From: Verrucomicrobiales bacterium
Lineage (GTDB): Bacteria > Verrucomicrobiota > Verrucomicrobiia > Verrucomicrobiales > V1-33
Assembly (NCBI GenBank): GCA_031411295.1
Contig: JANOAV010000157.1
Location: 64,001-128,000 of the forward strand
DNA: 64,000 bases
Reading direction: 5' to 3'
Shown here: positions 49,995-60,224 of the stretch, in pieces
Position numbering within the stretch: position 1 is the stretch's first letter
Layout of the letters: every line of letters starts with the position of its first letter
Made by a program: the position numbers and the translations under genes
Notes under the pieces: generated by a model
Told to the model about the DNA's origin: nothing
The model's input: only the letters and a program-made list of their open reading frames with translations
Databases searched by the model: none

Positions 49995-50026
49995 AACAGC
50001 CGCTGAGGTCTCCCCCAGCGGCTGTT
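49995..50026 (-). terminator. Hairpin downstream of the TIM-barrel gene (probable terminator)
   Basis: 11-bp perfect stem AACAGCCGCTG / CAGCGGCTGTT with a 10-nt loop; the U-tract is weak. Confidence 0.55.
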
Positions 50027-50050
50027 ACGTTGTCGATTTCGTGAGAAATG

Positions 50051-51070
50051 CTAGTTCCAGCCGTGCGCGTCACGCACCTTGATCATGGATGCGAGAATCG
50101 TGTTCCAGGTTTCCTGCTTTTCGAGCATGGCGTTTGGGAACATGCAACCATCCCAACAGATGTGTTGGATCCCACGGCTGGCGGCATCCTTCAGCCAGTA
50201 ACCGGAAGCTGCCGTGATGTCCAGTTTACCATTGGGATCATCCGCTGGACAGTGGCGGCCAGTCTTGTCGTGATTGCCGGTGCCGTGCACGGAACCATCA
50301 TTTTGGGCTACGTGGAAGTCGATTGTCCACGGACGGAGCGCATCGGTCATCGTTGTGTAGGCGGCATCGAATTCCGCTTGGGTGTAGCCCGGCTGCAGCA
50401 GGGCATGCTCAGGGGCATTGGCTCCGAGGAGGTAAAGATACGTGTGTGCCAAGTCGGCTTGGAAACCAACCGTCTGCGGCATCCCTACGGCTTCCAACAG
50501 ATCCAGCATGTGTCTCCAGGAGTGCATCCCACCCCAGCAGATTTCACCTTCGGCGGCCAGGCGCTCACCGTGGGCTTCGGCTACTTTGGCCGCTTCCTTG
50601 AAGGTGGCGGCAATCTTGGCGGTGTTGCCAGTGGGATCTTCCGCCCATCCGCTCACGCCTGAGGCGGAGTCGATGCGGATGACCCCATATTCCCGCACGC
50701 CGTGTTCATTGAAGATTTTGGCAATGCGGCAGGCTTTCTCTACTGCGAGCACGAATTTGGCGCGATCCTCATCGCTCCCCATGGCCGCGGCTCCCACGGT
50801 GCCGGGCCAGACCGGGGCCACGAGGGATCCGATTTTGAGATTCTTGCTGGCAACGAGATCCGCGATCCGCTTCAACTCGTCCGTGGAAGCATCTGGATCG
50901 GTGTGCGGATGAAACAGAAAATAGTCGATGCCTTCGAACTTCTGACCGTTGACGTCGGCATTGGCGGTAAGCTCCAGCATGCGCTCCAAGCTGATGGGAG
51001 GATGATCGGTGCCGGGTTCCTTGCCGACGAGACCGGGCCACATGGCGTTGTGTAGTTTGGGTAATTTCAT
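50051..51070 (-). CDS. Sugar phosphate isomerase/epimerase family (xylose isomerase-like TIM barrel)
   Basis: [32 protein letters not shown] and ICWDGC provide the E/D/H metal-ligand pattern. Confidence 0.8.
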   Translation of the reverse strand: MKLPKLHNAMWPGLVGKEPGTDHPPISLERMLELTANADVNGQKFEGIDYFLFHPHTDPDASTDELKRIADLVASKNLKIGSLVAPVWPGTVGAAAMGSDEDRAKFVLAVEKACRIAKIFNEHGVREYGVIRIDSASGVSGWAEDPTGNTAKIAATFKEAAKVAEAHGERLAAEGEICWGGMHSWRHMLDLLEAVGMPQTVGFQADLAHTYLYLLGANAPEHALLQPGYTQAEFDAAYTTMTDALRPWTIDFHVAQNDGSVHGTGNHDKTGRHCPADDPNGKLDITAASGYWLKDAASRGIQHICWDGCMFPNAMLEKQETWNTILASMIKVRDAHGWN

Positions 51071-51258
51071 GGTGGTGATGGTGTTTGGTTAATTTTCAGG
51101 GAAGAACAAATTTTTGCAACGGGGCGACTACTTAGTGAATCTGCGCCAAAGTGCACGCAAAATTTATCAGAAGAATTGGCCATCGGATTCCGCAAAGGCG
51201 CATCCCCTAGCCAGAAGTAGTCCTTGCGGTAGCGACTGAATTTTAGGTAAGGTGAATC

Positions 51259-52908
51259 ATGTTAAACTGTCTCCCCCTGTGGGGACTGCTGCTCGTGCTG
51301 GTGCTGGGGTGTGCAAGTCCCAGTTGGTCCGCCCCCAAGCTCACGCTTGAGCAGGTGCGGGCGGAAGTGGACGTGAACGCCATGATTGATGTGGCCCTGA
51401 AGGTGGAGAACTCCACTGTCAAAAACCCGTTCACTGATGCTTCAGTTACCGGTTCCTTTCAGCTGGCAGGCAGCGAATCCATTCCCGTAACCGGCTTTTG
51501 CGATTCCGCCAATGGCAGCATGCATCGCATCCGTTTTCTGCCCCGGGTGGCCGGCAATTACGACTACACGATGATCTATCAGGAGGCGGGTTACACGCAG
51601 ACCTTCAATGGCCGCTTTGTAGCCAAACCCAGCCCTCGCAAGGGCATGCTACGGGTGGACCCCGCCCATCCCTATCATTTTATCTGGAGTGGCACCAACG
51701 AGCACTTTTTCTGGAACAGCACCACCGCCTACTGGATGTTGGGTCTGGAAGATGATAAAGAAATCGAGAACTGTCTCAACCGCTTGGCGGCCCTGAAAAT
51801 CAACCGCATCCGCATTGCGCTCTGCGGGCGCACGGATTCGGGGGCTCGGTGGTGCGAACCACAAGTCGTCTCCGACGCAAAATTCAAACTCCGCCTCAAC
51901 CCTTGGGAAGCCGCCCGCCCTGACAGCGTGAAAGATCCCGGCTTCGACGTAACTAAATTTAATATCCCCCACTGGCAGAAATGCGAACGCCTCCTAACGC
52001 ATGCCCGCAGACTCAACATTATCGTTTCCCTCATCTTCTATCTGGATGGAGCCGACGCTGGCGCGGAACCATTTGGCAAGGATCATGCTGGGGGCGACCA
52101 CGAGAAGCGCTATTACGCCTATGCCGCCAGCAGATTTGCGGCCTTCCCCAACGTGGTCTGGGATCTCTGCAATGAGCACCATTTAATGCGGACAGGCGAG
52201 TGGGTCAACCACATGGGGGAATTCCTCCGCACCTGCGATCCTTACGATCATCTAACCTCGGTTCATGGCGGCGGGGAGTTCCCGTTCCGCACGGCACCGT
52301 GGGCCGATTTTTGCCTGTATCAAGCCTGGGACCAAGCCCACGGCGGCTATGATTTCATGGTGGCCAATCGCCAGAAGCAGGCCGCCACCAACCAGCCCAA
52401 ACCTCAGATCAACGAAGAGTATGGCTATGAAGACCACTATCCAACCGAGTGGGGCGACGGACTCAAAGCCCCCTCCCGGAATGCTGATAGCCGCCGCCGC
52501 GTGGCCTGGAGCATTTCCATGGCGGGCGGTTATCAAACCACTGGCGAGCGCGCCACCAAGAACGGCGGCTGGATCAATGGACGAGGTGATGATGAGATGA
52601 CGATGCTGAAGGGCTATGCGCTCATGGTGGATTTCTTTAAAAGCTTCGACTGGTGGTCCTGCCAGCCCGCTCCCGACGTCGTCAAGGAAGGCAAGGCTTG
52701 GTGTCTGGCTGATCCCGGGAAACTTTATGCCATTTATTTACCCACTGGCGGGAGCGCAAAAATCGCGCTCCCCGACGGGAAATTTACGGCGGAACTTTAT
52801 GACTGCCAGACCGGGGAGCGTAAGCCCTTGGGTGATCTACCAGGTGGCGAATGGACCTCTCCGGTCCAGCCTGCGGAGAAGGACTGGGCGATTCTAATTC
52901 GGGGTTGA
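51259..52908 (+). CDS. Secreted DUF5060/DUF4038 glycoside hydrolase-like protein (apiosidase/GH140-like) with a C-terminal collagen-binding-like domain
   Basis: Signal peptide; NPF...VTGFCD...RIRFLP; NVVWDLCNEH; HLTSVHG; KPQINEEYGYE; ends DWAILI. Confidence 0.75.
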   Translation: MLNCLPLWGLLLVLVLGCASPSWSAPKLTLEQVRAEVDVNAMIDVALKVENSTVKNPFTDASVTGSFQLAGSESIPVTGFCDSANGSMHRIRFLPRVAGNYDYTMIYQEAGYTQTFNGRFVAKPSPRKGMLRVDPAHPYHFIWSGTNEHFFWNSTTAYWMLGLEDDKEIENCLNRLAALKINRIRIALCGRTDSGARWCEPQVVSDAKFKLRLNPWEAARPDSVKDPGFDVTKFNIPHWQKCERLLTHARRLNIIVSLIFYLDGADAGAEPFGKDHAGGDHEKRYYAYAASRFAAFPNVVWDLCNEHHLMRTGEWVNHMGEFLRTCDPYDHLTSVHGGGEFPFRTAPWADFCLYQAWDQAHGGYDFMVANRQKQAATNQPKPQINEEYGYEDHYPTEWGDGLKAPSRNADSRRRVAWSISMAGGYQTTGERATKNGGWINGRGDDEMTMLKGYALMVDFFKSFDWWSCQPAPDVVKEGKAWCLADPGKLYAIYLPTGGSAKIALPDGKFTAELYDCQTGERKPLGDLPGGEWTSPVQPAEKDWAILIRG

Positions 52909-52989
52909 TCCGGCAGCGGGCAGTAAACCGTTGGTTTCCAGCTCATTTGTCGTTCTTGCACCCAGCCAGCATCCTGCTAAGGAATCCCC

Positions 52990-54432
52990 ATGCCCCAAAC
53001 CGACCCACACCAACTTCGTCAAATCCTCTTCCTGCAATCGCTCGAGGAAACGGATGCCATGGGCAAAATTATCCCGCTGGATACCAGAGAGCGCGCCACC
53101 AAAGACTCCGCCAATAGTGAGTCTTTCCTAGCCACCCGCACGCAGAAACTCCTAACGTCCGCCAGCGAGCCCGTGCAACGCTTGGCGGCTTGGATGGCCC
53201 ACCCGACCTGGCGATGGTTCGGATGGCTAAAAATCGGCCTTCCGCTCGGCGCCTTTCTCATCGGATGGATGACCAACGAACTGGGGTCGGATCGCGTCGT
53301 CAATATCATTGCCTTTCCGCTGTTAGGCCTGCTGATTTGGAACCTGCTGGTATGCGGCTACATGTTGCTAGCCGAAGTCAGGCAGTCCCCCACCTCGCCT
53401 ACCCGCTGGCCGGAGCATCGGATGCGGGAGCAACTGGAAAAGCACCTCTCCAGCTCCGTGGCCGACCCCGTCCATCGGGAAATCCTCAGCCGCAGCACCC
53501 TGGGCTTCCTGAAGCATTGGCGGGAGCAGAACCGCCCACACCTGAAGTCCCTAATGAAACTGCTCTTTCATCTGGGCGCCCTGCTCCTCGCAGGAGGCAT
53601 CGTTGCGAGCATGTATTTTCAAGGCCTGCGCAAAGAGTATCGGGCCGGCTGGGAAAGCACGTTTCTCCAGCCCTCCAGCCTGCACTCCTTGCTCCGTGTC
53701 GCCCTGGGACCAGCCTCCGTGGTCACTGGCATCCCAGTGCCCGCCGAACCCGCCCTGGCCGCCATGCAAGTTCATCCCGGTGAAACCATTCCCTCCACCC
53801 CTGCGAGTGCCGCCCCCTTCATCCACCTCTGGGCCGCTACCGCCGGTTTATTCATTGGCCTGCCGCGCCTACTGTTAATCGCCCTGGCCCTCAGGGAAAG
53901 CAAAAAAAGCCAACCCAGTTGGGAGCAGGAATTGCAGGACTACGAAACTTCCTGCCGCAACTTGGCGGCTGGACAGGTGAGCCTGATTGATGTCCTCCCG
54001 GTGTATTTCACCCCCGAATCGGCCTCCGCTGAGGCCATTCGCCATTGCGTCCTGCAAATGTGGGGCGGCAAAGCGCGTGTCAATTTTCTGCCCCCCATCC
54101 CCTTGGGAGATGAAACGGAGTATCTCGAAGCCTGGAGCCCGGCCTCGCACGGCACCGTCCTGACGTTTAGTTTCGCCAGCACGCCCGAGCAGGAAGTGCA
54201 GGGTGAAGTCATTCAATTGGTGGCCGGCAAGGCAGCGAAAGTCCTCGTTGTGACTGACGCTCTCAGCTTCGAATCGCGACACGGCGGCTTGCCGGAATTT
54301 CCGCAACGCCTGGCCCAGCGTGAAGCCGGTTGGCACCGCATCGTTGGAGATAAATTACCCTGGCTCAATCTCACCAGCCAGGTCGTGAAAAATCCGCTCG
54401 CAGCCATGGCCTCCCTGCGCAGTGCCAGCTAG
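52990..54432 (+). CDS. DUF2868-like membrane protein
   Basis: TM helices; VNIIAFPLLGLLIWN; EYRAGWESTFL; FIGLPRLLL; FSFASTPEQEVQG. Confidence 0.75.
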   Translation: MPQTDPHQLRQILFLQSLEETDAMGKIIPLDTRERATKDSANSESFLATRTQKLLTSASEPVQRLAAWMAHPTWRWFGWLKIGLPLGAFLIGWMTNELGSDRVVNIIAFPLLGLLIWNLLVCGYMLLAEVRQSPTSPTRWPEHRMREQLEKHLSSSVADPVHREILSRSTLGFLKHWREQNRPHLKSLMKLLFHLGALLLAGGIVASMYFQGLRKEYRAGWESTFLQPSSLHSLLRVALGPASVVTGIPVPAEPALAAMQVHPGETIPSTPASAAPFIHLWAATAGLFIGLPRLLLIALALRESKKSQPSWEQELQDYETSCRNLAAGQVSLIDVLPVYFTPESASAEAIRHCVLQMWGGKARVNFLPPIPLGDETEYLEAWSPASHGTVLTFSFASTPEQEVQGEVIQLVAGKAAKVLVVTDALSFESRHGGLPEFPQRLAQREAGWHRIVGDKLPWLNLTSQVVKNPLAAMASLRSAS

Positions 54433-54433
54433 C

Positions 54434-55654
54434 CTAGGACAGCCGGACCGCTCCGCAAACCATCTCCAACACCCGCCACAAGCTCTGCCCACCCAGCGAG
54501 CCCTCGTGGAAGGCGGAGCCAGAAATTGGCTGCCAGTTGTCCCGCTCCTTGTTAGCCTCCGGCTGCGGAATCAACGTGAGCGATGGGTCATACTGCCCGG
54601 TATTTCCTCCCAGTTTGTAAATCACCAGATCCAACGAAGGCACGACATACAGACAAAAACCGCCAGCGCCCGATTTCCAGAAAGCATCCTTGGGCGCGCC
54701 CGCCACGTGCCCATCAGCATTGTGTTCCCACTGCAAGCTGAACGGTGTATGCGGATTGTAGGGTGACCACGTGCGACATTTTTCAATGTAGGCCGCTGGC
54801 ACCAGTTGCTTGTCCTGCCATTTCCCCTGCTGGGCCAGACAGTATCCGAACCGCATGACATCCGTGGCATGCAGAGCTGTGCTCCCAGCCCCATTCGCAT
54901 GAGGCATCACGAAGTCCCCGCGGTGCAAACAATAATCCCAAGCCCCCCACCCCTGTGGCTTGGCCAGTCGCTCTTGGATGAAATCTTTCAATTCCATCTG
55001 CGCCACATTCCGCAAGACGATACTAGCAATGTGAGGTGAAGGTGAGGAATAGGAATACCCCGCACCTGGATCGCACCACAACGGCACTTCCAACGACGAC
55101 ATGTCGAGATCCCGAATGTTCTGGCCTGGCACCGGTTGCAGTTTCTGCCATTGACCACCTTTAGAAAATCCACTGGGAGCCCCGCCCTCGCCCCAGTATC
55201 CAGCCGTCATGCAGAGCAGTTGCCCCAGCGTAATGTTCGCCTTCCGCGGATCATTCGGCGGCATTCCTTGCGGGAGAAATTTATCCGTGAAGACCTTCGT
55301 TTCCAATCCCTCCGGAATCTTCTCCTTGAACTCCTCCAACATGATCCCGCAGGCAATACTGCAAAACGCCTTCCCCGTGGAAGCCATGTCAGGATTCGCA
55401 TTTCGGCTCGCACGGCCAAAATAGCGTTCGAAACACAAATACCCGCCATGAACCACCACCAAGCCCCCATGGGCGGTGGATCGTTGCGTAATTTCATAAG
55501 CCGGCTCCAACTTCGCCAAGTCCATCCCCGCCAAATCCTTCACCTCTGCTCCAGACTTGGCCTCCCTCCATCCTCCGACACTATCCGCAGGAGGAAAATA
55601 AGTTTCCGCCGCAGCGTTGGCTAGCAAAATTGGTAAGAACAAAAGGCGTTTCAT
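54434..55654 (-). CDS. Serine hydrolase, beta-lactamase/CubicO-like family, secreted
   Basis: Start ATG 55654 (MKRLLFLP..., signal peptide); SxxK as STGK; ITLGQLLCMTAG; YSYSS; KSGAGG. Confidence 0.85.
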   Translation of the reverse strand: MKRLLFLPILLANAAAETYFPPADSVGGWREAKSGAEVKDLAGMDLAKLEPAYEITQRSTAHGGLVVVHGGYLCFERYFGRASRNANPDMASTGKAFCSIACGIMLEEFKEKIPEGLETKVFTDKFLPQGMPPNDPRKANITLGQLLCMTAGYWGEGGAPSGFSKGGQWQKLQPVPGQNIRDLDMSSLEVPLWCDPGAGYSYSSPSPHIASIVLRNVAQMELKDFIQERLAKPQGWGAWDYCLHRGDFVMPHANGAGSTALHATDVMRFGYCLAQQGKWQDKQLVPAAYIEKCRTWSPYNPHTPFSLQWEHNADGHVAGAPKDAFWKSGAGGFCLYVVPSLDLVIYKLGGNTGQYDPSLTLIPQPEANKERDNWQPISGSAFHEGSLGGQSLWRVLEMVCGAVRLS

Positions 55655-55866
55655 AATGAGTTGGATCGAGCCGCCATTCTCCCCCCTCAAATCGGTTCCG
55701 CCACCAGGAAGCATTACCTATTACCGGATGACGTGATAGGCGTCCTCCGAGCTACCGTGCCACTTGAATGTCCGGCCTTCAGCGTATACTCCAACCAAAG
55801 GAAGATTCGTGCCGCTACCCTCAGAACCTCCCAAGCCAACACACCATTCCATCCAAATAGAAGTTC

Positions 55867-56361
55867 ATGAAAACACTAACCGCTATTTTGTCGCTGTTTC
55901 TCTTGCTACTAACGAGCACCTTACCAGCCGACGATAAAAATATCACCGCCGAAAAGTTCGGTAAACTTTCCCTCGGCCAGAAAGCGGATGCACTCACCAA
56001 ACTCCTGGGCGAGCCTGAATCCAAGGGCAAAGACACCCTCTGGGAAGCCACGGGCGAGTGGGTGCAAACTTGGAAATACCCCGCCCAAGGCCTAACCCTG
56101 GCGATGGCCTCCGACAAAAAAGGCGGCCCCAAATCCCTCAACAGCATCACGGCCACCACGAAATGCGAACTCGCCACCGCCCGTGAAATCAAGCTCGGCA
56201 GCACCGAAGCGGCCGTCCGCAAAGCCTACGGCAAAGCTGAAGACAAGGAATCCAGCAAACCCGGAGAAACCTTCGTAGCCGGTTCCATTTATGGCGGCGT
56301 GATCTTCACCTTCAACCACGGCAAGGTTAGTGAGATCTTCATTGGCGCGGCTGCGGAGTGA
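55867..56361 (+). CDS. Secreted hypothetical protein
   Basis: Signal peptide, Lys-rich, with two similar G(K/I)LxLG...xxG(E/K) half-domains; ends IFIGAAAE. Confidence 0.75.
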   Translation: MKTLTAILSLFLLLLTSTLPADDKNITAEKFGKLSLGQKADALTKLLGEPESKGKDTLWEATGEWVQTWKYPAQGLTLAMASDKKGGPKSLNSITATTKCELATAREIKLGSTEAAVRKAYGKAEDKESSKPGETFVAGSIYGGVIFTFNHGKVSEIFIGAAAE

Positions 56362-56481
56362 GGCCGAAATGGCTAGACGGGACCAACGGATCGCAACCAC
56401 GAAGAGCCTGCTCTTGAGCCGCCTCCAGTCCGACCCAGCGGAACTCCGGCCTCATAGTGGGCTCCCGTGGCGCACGAATCA

Positions 56482-57330
56482 CTACTTCAGAAACACCGCA
56501 CGGATGCTCGGTTGTTGTTTGCAAAAGGCATCGATTTCCTTGCGATTCATCACCATAAATGCGGTGGAGAGCGCATCCGCCAGGGTTGCGTTCGGGGCGA
56601 TGGCCCAGCGGAGTTCGCGTTCGATATTGACGGTGCGGGCGGTGCGGGGGTCAATGATGTGCGCGCCTTGGTGCATGAATCCCGTGCCGCTGAGGGCATT
56701 GTTTTCCAACACCACGGGTGAACCCTGACCGGCATGCACGGGCCAGCCTGGATGCTCTCCCATATGGCCGATTCCCAGCACGGTGCTGTCGCCCGCGTTG
56801 AGGAGGGCGTTGGTGATTTCGTGTTCACCGCGCAGCAGGAACGCCGCTTGGTCCAGCGCGTAGCCTTTGCCGATGGCCCCCAGGTCGAGGCTCATCCCGG
56901 CGGCATGTTTGGTGACGCTAAAGTTTGCTTCGTCCAGCTCCAAATGCTGAAAGCCCATGCTGGCGGCCGCCACCGCACGTTCCGCTTTGGAAATTTTGCG
57001 CCCGCCGCTGTCCTGTTCCCGGAGCAGGCGAAAGAGTGGACCGATGGTAACATCAAACGCTCCGCTGGTCTGCTCCCAGACCATTTTACCAAAGGCCAGA
57101 CAATCCATGCAGGCGGCCTGCACCGGCACTGGTTGGCCCACCGGAGCTTGGTTGATGCTGGCGATATCGCTGTAGGGGACGAAGCGACTAAGTTCCGTTT
57201 CCAAACGATCAATGTCACGGAAGACCGCTTGGGCGGCCCCATTGGCCAGTAAATTATCCTCGTGCTCGATCAGGAATTGAAAGTGCGTCGCCATCGCTTC
57301 ATGGCCGAAGCGGAATATTTGCAGGCTCAT
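56482..57330 (-). CDS. apbE: FAD:protein FMN transferase (ApbE family)
   Basis: AMATHF; SDIASIN; GAFDVTIGPL; LDLGAIGKGYALD; HIIDPRT; ADALSTAFMV. No obvious lipoprotein signal. Confidence 0.9.
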   Translation of the reverse strand: MSLQIFRFGHEAMATHFQFLIEHEDNLLANGAAQAVFRDIDRLETELSRFVPYSDIASINQAPVGQPVPVQAACMDCLAFGKMVWEQTSGAFDVTIGPLFRLLREQDSGGRKISKAERAVAAASMGFQHLELDEANFSVTKHAAGMSLDLGAIGKGYALDQAAFLLRGEHEITNALLNAGDSTVLGIGHMGEHPGWPVHAGQGSPVVLENNALSGTGFMHQGAHIIDPRTARTVNIERELRWAIAPNATLADALSTAFMVMNRKEIDAFCKQQPSIRAVFLK

Positions 57331-59219
57331 GGAGGCGGCGGGCTCTGGGGAGTATTCACTTTAGGCATCGGCGGCAAGTCCGCCGCCTCAGGCGCGGTGG
57401 GAGTATCTGGAGTGGAATCGGCGGTGGGTGTGGACGCGGCTGGCGGAGTGCTGGGGGCGGTTGGTGCCGCGGCGGGGGCTTTGGGCTCGGGCGTGGCCTC
57501 CTCTGGCGCGGGAGCCGCAGGTGGTGGTTGCGCGGCAGATGCGGGGGCACCATGATCTTCCAACCCTCGCTTCACATAGCCCTGAATCCAGAATTGCTGA
57601 TTGAGCATTCCAAACACATCCTTAACGTGAGTGCCCCCACCATCATGATCCGTTCCGCGCACGGGTTCGGGCAACTTGGCGATCAACGCTGGGTCCACCA
57701 AGATCACCTCAGCCGTGGGATCGACGCCCCGCGTGCCGCCAACGGCCACCACATCCGGCAGATAGGCTACGCTGGTAAATTTTCGCAGATACCACGGCAG
57801 AGGCCATCCGCCACTGGGCGAGGCAACTTCCATTCGCAGGGCATATCCGGCCGGACTCCGGGCCGCATAGCCTTCCAACCGCCGCACGATCGTATCCCGC
57901 AATCCAATGGGCGTGAAGCCATAGGCATAGGGATTGGCCGTGGAGGAATGCACATTCCGCGTGCGCAGCCAGGGCTGGTCCGTGGCATCATCTGCGAAGT
58001 TAACCCGATACGCCTGGAAGCCCAAGTGGCCCGCCCCAGCCAGCACCAAGGAAGCGAAGACCCATTTCCCCCAACTGGCATAGAGACTGTTCATAAAGCC
58101 ACCGACCCCAAATCCAGCCAGCAAAATCAAGGCAAAGTGCGTGGCCAGAATGCACCAAGGAGTCTTGTAACTGATCAACGAGTAGGCCGCCAGCGTGAGC
58201 ACCGCATAGCCAGTGAGGAACAGTCCAAACTCCCGATGATACCCTTTCCCCTGACCAAAAAAAGCGCGCACCATGCCGACCAAGGCAAAGAGCAGGATCA
58301 ACAATTCCGTCCAAATAAAGCCCCCGGCAGATTCGCCTTTCCAAAATTTTCCACCTTGATTCCAACCGAGCAATTGCAGGTAGTAATACCAAGGTTTCTC
58401 ATGCCCCTGGCCGCCCGCCCGGTCGGCATAGCTGAAGTAAGTCTTCACACTGTCGGCCACGCTTTCCAAGTGGGTGAATCCCTGACTGAAGCACGCCGCC
58501 GAAGTCATGCCAGCCACGACGAGGAACGTGATCCAATGTTTGGCAGAGATGGGTTCAGGCTTATTGCGATTGAGCACCAAGCCTCCGGAGAGATGCCGCA
58601 TGGTCATGGCCAGAATAGCCCCTCCCACCATGCCGGCCAGATGGATGACGAAGGTCTCCTTCGTGGCATGCATGAGGCCTACACTGATGGCACAAATCCA
58701 TAACCAGAACGGGTTGCGGGATAAATAAAACCGCCACCCGCCCGCCATGGCCGTGTAACTCAACAGCACCAGCAGCATTTCCATGATGAAATAGCGACTG
58801 TAGAAAACAAAGATGGGCGAGACCGCCAGGAACAGCGCAGACCAGCCCACAGCCATCCAGCCCAATCCGCTGCGCACTAATGGCAGCAGCAACAGCAGCC
58901 ACAACGAGAACCAGACGGGAACCAAGCGCAGATCGGATGCCGTTAGGTCAGCGAACGCTTTGTGGCCCCGGAAGTAATTGCGGATTTCGGCCGCATACAG
59001 ATTCGTGGGGCCGTGATGTTCCAGCGGATCGTATTTATACTGTCCCTGCATGAGATCGCGCAGTTTGATGGCCTGGGTGGTCTCATCCGTGTGCATTGGC
59101 CGCACTTCCAATTGAGGAAAACGCAAACTCCCCGCCACAAGGATGGCGAGTAGCAGCAGTAATAGAGCATAAAAAAATTCCCGCCGACCAGCCCGGGATT
59201 CAGAAGTGGATAATTTCAC
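57327..59219 (-). CDS. TIGR03663/Agl23-like polytopic membrane glycosyltransferase (GT-C/PMT-like) with a Pro/Ala/Thr-rich tail
   Basis: RPMHTDE; YKYDPLEHHGP; FYSRYFIME; HATKET; HEKPWYYY; YKTPW; WPLPWYLR. Confidence 0.8.
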   Translation of the reverse strand: MKLSTSESRAGRREFFYALLLLLLAILVAGSLRFPQLEVRPMHTDETTQAIKLRDLMQGQYKYDPLEHHGPTNLYAAEIRNYFRGHKAFADLTASDLRLVPVWFSLWLLLLLPLVRSGLGWMAVGWSALFLAVSPIFVFYSRYFIMEMLLVLLSYTAMAGGWRFYLSRNPFWLWICAISVGLMHATKETFVIHLAGMVGGAILAMTMRHLSGGLVLNRNKPEPISAKHWITFLVVAGMTSAACFSQGFTHLESVADSVKTYFSYADRAGGQGHEKPWYYYLQLLGWNQGGKFWKGESAGGFIWTELLILLFALVGMVRAFFGQGKGYHREFGLFLTGYAVLTLAAYSLISYKTPWCILATHFALILLAGFGVGGFMNSLYASWGKWVFASLVLAGAGHLGFQAYRVNFADDATDQPWLRTRNVHSSTANPYAYGFTPIGLRDTIVRRLEGYAARSPAGYALRMEVASPSGGWPLPWYLRKFTSVAYLPDVVAVGGTRGVDPTAEVILVDPALIAKLPEPVRGTDHDGGGTHVKDVFGMLNQQFWIQGYVKRGLEDHGAPASAAQPPPAAPAPEEATPEPKAPAAAPTAPSTPPAASTPTADSTPDTPTAPEAADLPPMPKVNTPQSPPPP

Positions 59220-59400
59220 AAGGGGTCAAGGCTAGCCACCTGAGCAGAAATGCAAGCCTGAGTTGAAAGTTTACCACCCATGGCCCATTCATGGAATTTC
59301 CTGAGCAAAACTGCTGGAGTTCAGGCTTCCGCCCGTTAGGCTTAAGGCTCCATCGCATCGGCAATTTTGCCAAACGCAGTCCATTTCCCAACGTCCCCAC

Positions 59401-60111
59401 ATGCTACCCTTCTCCCTGCCCACCGACTACAGCCGCATCAAGTTGGTATCTAGTTTTCAAGAACTTGTCTCCACAACATTTGGAAATGGCATCAACGCCC
59501 TGTGCTGGCAACGCTCTCTGCCAGGGGATTTCAGTGAGATCGTCTCCCTGCTGGGGGCGCGTGAAGGCATTACCAATTTAGACGAACCGCTCCTGCGCAG
59601 CCTGCCCGCAAGTCCAGCAGGCCGAATCGCAATCGATACCCTGCTAGCAGACCATCGGTTGCTCCAAGAGCACGGACTCCAACCGACGCTGGATTGCATC
59701 CAAGCCTACCCACGGGACGACGAACCCATCGTCGTCCCCATCGATGTTTACTCATTCCACGCGGACAGCGCCCCCGTTCAAGCGGACACTTACCTTTGCA
59801 CCTACTACGGTGCCCCCAGTGAAGGACTTCGCAACGACCAGGCCCAAGCCCGTGTGGAAGATCCCGCCACCCGGGCCGCACTACTCGATCTCCACGGCGG
59901 GGAAGACGACGACGCCTTCCGCGAATTCCTCAACGAGCACTGCTACGACCTCCACTACGCCCCCACCCCGGGTGCCCAGCCATTTTCCTTCGGCCTCGGC
60001 AACCTCTGGCGCATCGCTCTGGACTATCCCGGCAATCCGGTTCCCCCCTGCATCCACCGGGCTCCCACGACGGTCCCCGGACAGCCATCACGTTTACTTT
60101 TGATCAGTTAG
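59401..60111 (+). CDS. DUF1826-like protein
   Basis: NALCWQRSLPGDF; SFHADS...CTYYGAPSEG; CIHRAP...RLLLIS. Confidence 0.7.
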   Translation: MLPFSLPTDYSRIKLVSSFQELVSTTFGNGINALCWQRSLPGDFSEIVSLLGAREGITNLDEPLLRSLPASPAGRIAIDTLLADHRLLQEHGLQPTLDCIQAYPRDDEPIVVPIDVYSFHADSAPVQADTYLCTYYGAPSEGLRNDQAQARVEDPATRAALLDLHGGEDDDAFREFLNEHCYDLHYAPTPGAQPFSFGLGNLWRIALDYPGNPVPPCIHRAPTTVPGQPSRLLLIS

Positions 60112-60224
60112 AAATTCGGTTCCAGAGCCCCACACATTTGTTCACCGCCCCTCTTGACTGGAAGGCTGGTTCCCCTATCGCATTGCCTATCAGCGGAAAT
60201 TCTCCCTCAGCGATCAATCGCCTC

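Noticed and set aside
57528..58703. 391-aa plus-strand ORF
   Set aside because: Antisense to the membrane glycosyltransferase; no motifs.
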